Assembly: GCF_006345805.1 (NCBI RefSeq)
Contig: NC_042998.1
Coordinates: 170,686,001 to 170,750,000 of the forward strand
DNA length: 64,000 bases
Source of the DNA: Octopus sinensis
Taxonomy: Eukaryota
Reading direction: 5' to 3'
Shown: in pieces, positions 13,989 to 24,989 of the stretch
Layout of the letters: every line of letters begins with the position of its first letter
Position numbering within the stretch: the stretch's first letter is position 1
Position numbers and translations under genes: made by a program
The notes under the pieces: generated by a model
What the model was told of the DNA's origin: nothing
The model's input: the letters and a program-made list of their open reading frames with translations, nothing else
The model's database searches: none

Positions 13989-14168
13989 TCTATTATATAA
14001 TAACTGTACATCACCTCCAAACCTTCTAATATATATATGTATATATGTATGTATATATGTATATATATATGTGTGTATGAGTATGTATATAGTGAATACA
14101 AACAAAGAAAAACAAACAAAAGAAACATGAGGATGTGGTACAAGTACTGTATTATCAGACGCACAGGA

Positions 14169-14211
<43 letters not shown>

Positions 14212-14349
14212 TGTATATATCTGCATATACACATGTATCAATACATGTATATATGTATGTATGTATATATATAATATGTGTGTGTATGTATGCGCTTATA
14301 TATTTATATCTACATGTGTATATATTTATATATGTATATAAAAGTATAT

Positions 14350-14486
14350 GTACATGTTATATATTGCCTGTGAGGTGACAAACTTGCTTCCCACCCTCAT
14401 GGTTCTAGGTTCAGTTCTACTATAGCCTCGGGCCAACTACAGCATTATAAGTGGATTTGGTCGACGTAAACTGAAAGAAGGCTATC

Positions 14487-14539
<53 letters not shown>

Positions 14540-14790
14540 CATACATACATACATACATATATAAGTTTATATTTGTGTGTGTATCTGTGCTTGTCACCCC
14601 ACCATCGCTTGACAACCAGTGTTCATGTGTTTGCGTCCATGTAACGTAGTAGTTCAGCAAATGAAACCGATAGAATAAGTACTAGGGTAATACAGAAAAA
14701 AATCTTCGAGTCAATTTCTTTGAAGAAATTATGTGCTCCAGCATGGCTGCTTTCAAATGGCTGAAGAAAGTAAAAGAAGACAAGATTATA
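14350..14790 (+). mobile_element. SINE family A with internal (TA)n
   Basis: tRNA-like head (ggttctaggttcagttc), gtggatttggt..aaactgaaagaag core, ctccagcatggc tail. Confidence 0.75.
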
Positions 14791-14983
14791 TGTGATATAT
14801 ATGCTATGTATCTATTTCTATATATATATATATTGTTGCATATATAATATATATAAATATGTTATATATATATATATAAATATGTTATATATAATGTATA
14901 GAAACATATGTGTATATATATATATATATGTATGTTATATATATATATATATATATATACATGTGGATATATGTATATATATG

Positions 14984-15016
<33 letters not shown>

Positions 15017-15189
15017 TAAACATACATATATATATATATATAAACATACATATATATCATATATAATACATATATATATATATAACATATGTTATATATA
15101 TGTATGTATGTGTGTTATAACCTTACATTCATGTGTTATATTATATATAGGTTGTATACATATATATATATTATTATTATATATATACT

Positions 15190-15420
15190 ATGTTACTTGT
15201 TTCAGCTATGCTGGAGCATCACAATGGTCTTTCTACCTTCCTCAGTCTGGGTATTTCATATCACCACTCCTGTAGGTGCATTTGTCCCAGCTATTAGTAC
15301 ATTTGGTGTATAATGGAGTTTGATTCTACTGCCCTCGTCTGTACCTCATGTTGGGCTTCATCTGATATTGTGGCAAGGAGGATGTTTTGTTCCTTTTTGA
15401 AGAAATTTAATTCTACCGTA
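15190..15420 (-). mobile_element. 3' end of the CR1-type LINE family seen at 15476-16240
   Basis: Reverse complement gaggtacagacgagggcagtagaatcaaactccattatacaccaaatg resembles 16098-16145; ends in gatgctccagcatagctgaaacaag. Confidence 0.6.
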
Positions 15421-15475
15421 CACAAATTTCTTAATTTGTGTGGCATATATATATATATAATATATATATATATAA

Positions 15476-16236
15476 AGTCAGTGAGGGACCTGGGTATCAA
15501 CATGAGTGATGATACCTCTTTCCAAGTGCACATTACCAGGATGGCGAAAAAGTACAGATGACTGGCTGGATGGATCCTAAGAACATTCAGAACTAGAGAT
15601 AAGGAAACCATGATGGTCCTCTGGCGGACATTCATCCTCAGCCACCTGGGTTACTGCTCACAGCTATGGCCACCCACCAGTGTGAAATTAATAGCGGACC
15701 TTGAAGCAATCCAGAGAAGATTCACGAAGATCGTCTCTTTGCAACAGCTCAGCTACTGCGAAATGTTGAAACAGTTAAGACTCTACTCCCTGGAGAGAAG
15801 ACAGGAGTGATATGCAGTGATATATATCTGGAAGATCTTGGAAGAAATTGTGCCAAATTTTGGCATTAAGCTACACCAATGCCAGAATGGGACGACAATG
15901 CATAGTACCAAAGGTCCCAGCAGTGCCATCACACTTCAGGACCAGTTACTGCAACAGCCTGGGTTTCAAGAGCCCACAGATTATTAATATCCTCCCAAAG
16001 AGTCTGAGGAACTTGCACAAAGTAGATGTAGGGTTTTTTTAAATCAAAGCTGGACCTCTTCCTGCTGAGAGTCCCAGATTAACCTACCTCACGGCAAGAG
16101 GTGCAGATGAGGGTAGCTATATCAAACACCATGCTTCACCAAGTGCCACATATTACAGGAGGCTCATAGTAATAGCAGTGTAGCAAAATGGCGGTGCATC
16201 AGCATGGTCACAGCTCTAAGCTGAAACTAGAGGAAA

Positions 16237-16240
<4 letters not shown>
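15476..16240 (+). mobile_element. CR1-type LINE, 5'-truncated, RT C-terminus and 3' tail
   Basis: KSVRDLGINMSDD, WILRTFRTRD, ILSHLGYCSQLWPP..DLEAIQRRFTK..LRLYSLERRQE (ORFs 15313..15561, 15610..15810); stops and frameshifts. Confidence 0.85.
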
Positions 16241-16283
<43 letters not shown>

Positions 16284-16367
16284 ATAATATAATATTTTTC
16301 CTCTAGCTTCAGCTCAGAACTGTGGCCATGCTGATGCACCGCCATTTTGCTACACTGTTATTACTAT
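16166..16367. repeat. ~80-bp inverted duplication centred on a (TA)n tract
   Basis: atagtaatagcagtgtagcaaaatggcggtgcatcagcatgg..gaggaaaaatatt (16166-16242) vs aatatttttcctc..ccatgctgatgcaccgccattttgctacactgttattactat (16291-16367). Confidence 0.9.
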
Positions 16368-16539
16368 ATATATATGTATATATATACATATTCATATAAA
16401 GATATATATATATATATATATGTTATATATAATATATATGTGTTATATGTATTATATATATATCATATATATGTGTTATGTATATATGTCATATATATAC
16501 ATAATATATAACATATATATTCTTTTATTTGTTTCACGC

Positions 16540-16722
16540 ATTTCAATGTGGCTATTCTGGAGCACCACGTTTAGTAGAACAAATCAATGACAGGTCTTAT
16601 TCTTTGTAAGCCTAGTACATATTCTATTGGTCACTTTTGCCAAAACGCCAATATACGGGACTATAAGCACACCAACATCGGTTGTCAAGCAATGGTGGGG
16701 ATACAGACACATACTTACACAC

Positions 16723-16763
<41 letters not shown>

Positions 16764-16945
16764 TGTGTGTGTGTGTGTGTATCTGTGTGTGTGTCTGTGT
16801 ACGATGGGCTTCATTCATTTTCCGTCTACCAAATTCAATCAAGGCTTTCATCAGTCTGAGGTTCTTATAGGAGACACTTGACGATGGTGCCACACAGTGG
16901 GACTCAACCTGGAACTATGTGGTGGATCAGCAAGCCATACACCAC
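16540..16945 (-). mobile_element. SINE family A with internal (TG)n
   Basis: ggagcacc..ttattctttgtaagcctagtac..ggtgccacacagtgggactcaacctggaactatgtgg. Confidence 0.8.
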
Positions 16946-16949
16946 CTAT

Positions 16950-17125
16950 ATATATATATATATATGTTTATATCATATAGTATCATATAATATATATATA
17001 TTATATAACATGTTATCTATATTAAGTAACATATATCTATGTATATATATATGTACATATATATATGTGTGTGTGTTTGTATACATATACTTATAGATGT
17101 ATATATATATATATGTATTTATATA

Positions 17126-17164
<39 letters not shown>

Positions 17165-17692
17165 GGAAACGGATGTGTGGTGTTCGATCATATAATAATA
17201 TAAATAATATATAAATATATGCATATATACATATATTGATGTCCTGTACCAATATATGCATGTCTATATACATATATATGTAGGTATGTATATATATGTA
17301 TGTATACATGCATATATTTATATTATTATATATATATATAACTGTACATATATGTAATTATATATGTATATTTATATTTGTATACATATTTATATATATT
17401 TATATATGTATATATGTATTTATATGTATATATATGTATATATATATGAACATATATGTATATATTTGTATATGTGTATATATACATATATCTATATATG
17501 TATATACGTATATATATCTACATATATGTATAGATTTGTATATGTTTATATGTATATATATATATATATGCCTATACATATATATATATGCCTATACATA
17601 TATATATATGTATGTACGTATATGTATATATATATGTATATATAATTTTTATATATGTATAATAATGTATATATATATATTTATGTATGTAT

Positions 17693-17733
<41 letters not shown>

Positions 17734-18080
17734 CATATATGTATGTCATGTATATGTGTTCTATAAATAGATATATTATACATTATATATTTCTTACATA
17801 TATACATATATATATTATATATATGATTTTATTGAGTATGCCCTGAATTATTATTATCACAATTTTTTACCATTTTGGTTTTTTATGCATGCTAAGCCAC
17901 TACACACATGCTCACTGACATATAACATATATACACACGCACATATATCACATATATACGCACACACATATATTTATATTTATCATATGTATATATATAG
18001 AAATACCATATATATGTTTTATATATATATATATATAATATATTATACATTTATATATAAATTCTATATAATATGTATAT
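16950..18080. repeat. (TA)n/(TG)n low-complexity tract
   Basis: Seen directly. Confidence 0.9.
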
Positions 18081-18345
18081 ATATATATAATGATTATTTG
18101 AGGGAATATTAATCCTAACTTACAGGGAAAAAATTCAATTTAGAAATACTAAATAAAATTTCACACAATATAATATATATATATATAAAAAATTAGAAAA
18201 AAACCACCTTTTATCAATTCAAAATGAACAATTAAATTACACCATCTAGAAAATTACATACAATAGAAATATTAAAATTACAATAAAATACCAATGATTA
18301 AGTAAATTGCAAAAAAAATAATAAAAACGTATATAATTGGTAGAA

Positions 18346-18450
18346 TAACAACACCTGTTTCGTGGCTATATTTAAGAAATGATTATAGTAAAAAAATTAA
18401 TAGTAGTAGTAAAATCACTTCGATATAAATATAGCCACTCATCAGGTTAA
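18346..18450 (-). ncRNA. Minimal type-I hammerhead ribozyme motif (HHR-A), intact core
   Basis: Minus: TTAAC-CTGATGA(18445-39)-GTGGCTATATTTA..TAAATATAGCCAC (13-bp perfect stem II base)-GAAA(18361-58)-C AGGT G-TT^GTTA; 4-bp stem I; predicted GUU cleavage between 18350 and 18349. Confidence 0.65.
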
Positions 18451-18493
18451 AAATAAAAGAGAATAATAAGATAATTAATTAATAAATATACTT

Positions 18494-18537
<44 letters not shown>

Positions 18538-21064
18538 TATATACATATATATATATATACATATATAAAATAAATACTTTAAAATTTATTAATATACACA
18601 ATGCTAGTACAAGTCATTAAATTGTAATCAAAATAAGAAATGGTTTAAATATAGACAAACTCATTAAATAAGCTAACTATATAATTAATATACATGTGTA
18701 GTATCTATAGATTTAATATATCAATCTATAATATAGTTGACTAAATATCAATTAATATAATACCTAATTATCTTAAAATTTAATACTACATAATAAATAT
18801 ACTACCTAATAATTAGATAACATATTGTCTAACAAAATTAATTCTCAAATTAAATTAAATTTAATATGTTAGATCCTTTTCTATATATATCTATATATAT
18901 CATCATCATCATCATCATCGTTTAGCGTCCGCTTTCCATGCTGGCATGGGTTATATATATATATATAAATCTAAATAAATAGATATAAGAATTAATATCT
19001 ATCAATATATATAAAAATGATATAATGGCGAGAATTATTTGCTAATGGAAAGTAAGAAACATTTTAGCTCCAAAAATTAAAGAAAGGTGCAAAAATATTA
19101 GAACCAATGAACAATACACTATGAATATTTTCAATCACAATCACCAGTCCACTACAAATCCAGTCAATAACAATAATAATAATAACAACGATCAAACTCA
19201 AAATAATACAAGATCCAAATAATATTGGTAAACAAACTATATTACTAAGTTCATCAATTAAATTAAATTAATCTATCTGGATTTTAAAAGTATTAATATG
19301 TTTTAGCGTCTTATTAATACACCCAACTAGTCATGAATAATACAATCGAAAATTGGAAATAGTTCAAATATACACAAATCCATTATATAAACTAATTATA
19401 TTATTAATATCTATAGATTTAATATTTCACACGATAATAAAGTTAAACATAAAATTGATATTAAAATAAAAACTAGTTTACTTAAATGTAATACTACTTA
19501 ATAAAAATATTATCTAATTATTAAAAAAAATATATAGTCTAACGAAACTAATTCTCAAATTAAATATGTAAAACGTTAAATTCCTATATAAAAATTAAAA
19601 GATATCATATCTAATAGCGAACATAAAAAATAACTATCAAGAAACTATAAATAAATAATAATATTACAACAATAATAATAATAACAACAATAATAATAAT
19701 AATAATTTCAAACCCAAAACAATTCCAAAATCAAATGAAAAAGATAAACGATAAAATGTCAAATGTAACTTATCTTTGCAAAGGAAAAAAGTAACTGAAT
19801 TTTAAACATAAGATAGTTAAAGCATTTATAAAATTTAACATGTGAAGACTTAGTGCAAAGAAATAGAATAATACTCAATGAAAATGGCAAATTTTTTTAT
19901 CAATGAAAAAATATGAAAAAAAAAAAAAAAGCATTTAAGCCTCATGAACTAAAGAAATGTGAGAAAAAACACAACTTATGGAGAAACTACCATGAAGACA
20001 CCCAACTATAACTAACAGACCCCTATTAATAAATCAATAACAATATTAACAACAGCTAAATATTAATCCCAAAACAATACAAAATCCAAACAAAATGGAG
20101 AAAAGAACATTGCTTAGTTAGTTGAGAAAATACCACTAGATTATAAATGTAAAGAATAGTTCTTAACGTTTATAAGAAATAAAACTCGTGGAGACGTTGC
20201 ATGAAAAAATAGAATAAAATTATTAATGAAAATGACTAAAAGGAATTTATTAATGAAAAATACAGGAATTATCTAAACTTCATGAATCAAAGAAAATTAA
20301 TAAAAATAGTATAAGTATTACTTGTTCATCAAAAATACCTGGACCCTACATCAAGCCGTACACGATTATCATTATTATTATCATTCATCATCATCATCAC
20401 CATTACTATTATCATTATTAATTATTACCATCACTACCACTAACCCAAACTACAACAAACTGCCAACTACCACCAAATTTATTCACAGCCGACTATACCC
20501 CTACCATTCAACCCTTCCAATAGTCTCCAATACATGAAGCCCAAACTCATCTCAAACTCACAATCAACAAATATTCATCATTTTGTATAAAATATTAATA
20601 TAACATATAATAAAATAGTAAAATATACTCTAATACTATTAAATGATATTACAATAAATAGATAAACCACATAAGACGAAATAAGGTTTAATAATACTAA
20701 AGATAAGTTAAATGTAAAATATAGGTACATAAAATTAATATAGCATTAAATTTAAATGACTATTTACTATAAATTTAAAGTCTAAATAATAAGTAATTAA
20801 ATCAAATACATATATATTATGTTGAAATTAATTTATATTACTATAATAAATATTTATTTAAAAAATATATATATATTAAATCTATAGATACTACACATGT
20901 ATATTAATTATATAGTTAGCTTATTTAATGAGTTTGTCTATATTTGAACCATTTCTTATTTTGATTACAATTTAATGACTTGTACTAGCATTGTGTATAT
21001 TAATTAATTTTAAAGTATTTAATAATTTAAGTATTGTTTTAGTTTTCACTTAATATATATTTAG

Positions 21065-21104
<40 letters not shown>

Positions 21105-21145
21105 GTATATTTATTAATTAATTACTTTATTATTCTAGTTTATTT

Positions 21146-21249
21146 TTAACTAGATGAGTGGCTATATTTATATCGAAGTGATTTTACTACTACTATTAAT
21201 TTTTTTACTATAATCATTTCTTAAATATAGCCACGAAACAGTTGTGTTA
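21146..21249 (+). ncRNA. Inactivated hammerhead motif copy (HHR-B)
   Basis: TTAAC-TAGATGA(21151-57; two core substitutions)-GTGGCTATATTTA..TAAATATAGCCAC-GAAA(21235-38)-CAGTTG-T-GTTA (cleavage-site nucleotide missing). Confidence 0.5.
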
Positions 21250-21495
21250 TTCTACCAATTATATACGTTTTTATTATTTTTTTGCAATTTACTTAATCAT
21301 TGGTATTTTATTGTTATTTTAATTTTAATATTTCTATTGTATGTAATTTTCTAGATGGTGTAATTTAATTGTTCATTTTGAATTGATAAAAGGTGGTTTT
21401 TTTCTAATTTCATATATATACTAGATATATATATTATATATATATAATATATATCTAGTATATATATATATATATATATATATATCATCATCATC

Positions 21496-21534
<39 letters not shown>

Positions 21535-21663
21535 TCATCATCATATATATATAGATATATATAATATATATATATATATATTGTATCTATATATAATATA
21601 AATGATACAGATCTATATATAATATATATTATATATATGTTATATATATGTATATATAATATA

Positions 21664-22175
21664 CCGTAAATCCTCCAGTTTAGTCTGCCCTTGAGAATAA
21701 TACACAGGGGATTTTTAAGGGGCTGTACCTCTGAAAAACCTAAACTTTGTGTATAATACACACCCCTTCTTTAACTTCAGGCAAGGAGGTCTATAGAACG
21801 TCCTTGGTTTGTAAAACTGTATACGGTAACGTCCTTTATTATTATTGTATATATAACATAATGCAAACGAGTAGCTTTTTTGTGCATTTTGTTTGCAGAA
21901 AATAAAGAAATAACAGTAATAACGTTTAATAAATGTTGCTTACTGCAAGTTATGGATGATTGTTTTATGACTTCATTGCTTTCAGGCTTAGCTTAAGATA
22001 TTTTCACGCCCGACATCAGAAAATGTGTTTGAATAAACATTGCTGGACAGCAAATAGAGACTCGGACATTAATTAGAAAATAATTTTCATTTTTAACCTC
22101 GTATATAGTACACAGTAGGGATTTTGACCTTTAAATTTTGGGAAAAAAATGCGGATTATACTTGAGGATTTACGG
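21664..22175. mobile_element. Tc2/pogo-type MITE (512 bp) with TA target-site duplication
   Basis: TA|CCGTAAATCCTCCAGTTTAGTCTGC ... GCGGATTATACTTGAGGATTTACGG|TA; 21 of 25 TIR positions match, outer 12 perfect; no ORF. Confidence 0.8.
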
Positions 22176-22626
22176 TATATCTCATATATATATATATTGC
22201 ATATATACATAACATATGTATTATATTATATTATATATATAACGTATATATTATATATATACAATATATATATATATATAATATATATATTATGTATATA
22301 TGTCTGTATAATATATATATGTGTGTGTGTGTATATATATATATATTATCTATGTATAATCATCATCATCATCATATGAATAATATATATATATATATGT
22401 TATATTAATAATATATATATTATATACATACAGTATATATATATATATGTATCTATATGTATATGCATATATATACATATATATATATACACACACACAT
22501 ATATGTATATTGAAGTGTATAGAAGGATATGGTCGTATGTATGATGTATGCATAACTCTATTAGTATGGAAACGGATATTTTTACGTTTCTATTGTTTTC
22601 CCTTGTTCATTCTTATGTACATTTCG

Positions 22627-22659
<33 letters not shown>

Positions 22660-23070
22660 ATAAACAGATGAATGGAGTTTTAATTAGGAAAATTTTTTTT
22701 ATTAGAAATCTTTAATATAGTCTGCCTAGATTAAATCATACATGTAGATTTCCAAACACACCAGGCTAATTTAAGCTGCCATTTGGGTAGCTTTGGCTTT
22801 AGAAACTGAATGAAGCCTGTCATATGTGTGTATATATTTGGTTGTATGTATGTATATAGGGATGAGTGCCTCTGTTTTTGTGTGTGTCTATGCATGCACA
22901 TGTGCTGATGTCTTCTTACCTTGACATCTTTTGGCAGTTGTTAACAAGCACTGCCATCATACAAGCTGCGTTCTCAATTTTTAAAATTTTCTATGAAAAC
23001 ATGTTTTCATGAAAGTATTACCTTGCTCAGAAGCAGAAAAAGTTTGCTGTCAGGAGGAATATATGTATGG

Positions 23071-23119
<49 letters not shown>

Positions 23120-23605
23120 CATATAGTATTTTTGTGAGTATAAGCTTTTGTACATGAGATATATACACACATATATGTGTGTGTGTATATATATATGTAT
23201 ATACACACACACATTTTTGCATATACTTATGTATGTCCAAGCCATGCCAGTTAGGAACTTGGATGTTAAATGAATATATATGTACTCACATGTATGCATG
23301 TGCATACTTCGTGTATCTGAGTGCTCATGTGTATACATAATCTTGTGTGTGTATGTATGTGTGTAAATATATATGTAAGTTTTTATATATATATATATAT
23401 ATGCATTAAATTCACAACTTACCATAGGAATTAGAGTTCAATTTTCACCTATATTAAATAAACTGCCATTTTCATTTGATGCAGTCTGTAAATCATCATT
23501 AATGTAGACTCAGACTATGACATATGAAGCATGACATATAGTTGAAATGAACAGAAAACAAGTTATTGATATTTCAAATATTTCATTGCATATGTTTCAG
23601 TACAC

Positions 23606-23699
23606 AATCAAATTATGTATGGATCATTTCATCAGATGGAAGAAATACAAATATTTCAGTATCTTCCATCTGATGAAATGATCTTTAATTGATTTGATT
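23606..23699. ncRNA. Pre-miRNA-like hairpin (candidate)
   Basis: gatcatttcatcagatggaaga (23622-43) is the exact reverse complement of tcttccatctgatgaaatgatc (23662-83); atac/gtat extends towards a ~10-nt loop; lower stem aatcaaat (23606-13)/atttgatt (23692-99). No expression evidence. Confidence 0.4.
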
Positions 23700-23727
23700 T
23701 GATTATTGAAAGTTTGTGCATGTGTGC

Positions 23728-23806
<79 letters not shown>

Positions 23807-24989
23807 AGACTTTTTCCTAATATAGAAATATTGGCCAATATAAAGGAGAAAAAGAAAACCCTGACATGTTGACAGAAGCTTGAATTCTTGGTTTTTCAGA
23901 CTCTGAACCTCTTGTAGTGTTGAGCATAAAATGAAATAAGCATATTTCAGCATCCGTTAGAATTGTGTATGGCAAACATGAAATCTATCAGGAAACAATA
24001 AAATCACAATTTGTATGTACTATTTTCTGAACTTAGTACATAATTCTTAACACATTTCAGCACCTGAAGAAGTTTGCTAGAAAAATGTTTTGTCTTTCGA
24101 TACATATTGTATTTGTTTATTTATTCTGCTGTGTATTAATGGAATAAAATTTTGGTTTTTATTTAGCAAATGCATCTGAGGTTTTTATGTGTGTGTGTTG
24201 GTGTGTGTGTTGCTTCATGGTAAAGTGCTTAGCTGAGGAAGGATATCCAGCAATAAAAACGGTTATTCCAAAAGGAACCATTTATGTAATCACTAAGCAT
24301 GCTAGAAATAACAGCCACATTTTCTTCAACTCGTACCCTGCACCATAAAAAAAATGGCTATTTATAGCTAGAATACCTTTATTCTATATCTAAATCTGTC
24401 GATTAAAATCAGTGCAAAAAATGCACTCCACTAGTGTTAATATTAGAACAATGGATTAATAAAAAGCTAATGAAATGAGACGTACAGAATCTGTTGAAAC
24501 AGTGATGGAGGTGGTAGTAGAGTAAGCAACTGAGATCTGTGACACACAGCGAGGTCACTGAAGAATTAGAGAAGCATGACATAGACCTATTGTTCCAGAT
24601 ACACAGTGCTTTTGCCTATGTAAAAGCCATACTATAAAACTTGGCATATTATATGACAGTCTGGACATACACTTTCTCACTGTCCAGTCTATTTCTGCTT
24701 GCCTGTATATTTTGGTGATGACCACAGTGGAGATAGAGTATAACAGTTCCTCTTCCTCTGCACTTAGTAGTTGAAGCAACATTTGAAAAAATGAGTAGGA
24801 TGTAACTTAATGACATGATGTTTATTGTAGTGCAGCTTCAGGTCAACTCTGAAACTACCTGTGGCATGCAAGTAGTCAACCTTCAGCCCTGTTGTTTATT
24901 ATATATCACAACTCCACCTGAGAACCATACTGCATAATCCAACATACACTGATATATTGTATGAGTTATAGTGTAACATTCATTCATTA

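Larger units (their letters stand above)
18190..21410. mobile_element. AT-rich fold-back element with ~530-bp inverted arms (18190-18721, 20871-21410); probable Penelope-like derivative
   Basis: aaattagaaaaaaaccaccttttatcaattc at 18190 vs gaattgataaaaggtggtttttttctaattt ending 21410; arms complementary throughout except small indels and a ~45-nt extra piece; both ends abut (TA)n; a hammerhead motif in each arm. Inverted repeat is certain, Penelope assignment is inference. Confidence 0.6.

Noticed and set aside
18722-20870. Possible mitochondrial insertion (NUMT) because of extreme AT content
   Set aside because: No mitochondrial protein, rRNA or tRNA motif recognised; segments match local repeats instead.
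11722-23953. Dozens of Y/I/C/V/H/T-rich ORFs in the six-frame track
   Set aside because: Translations of (TA)n/(TG)n/(CA)n microsatellites, which lack stop codons; not genes.
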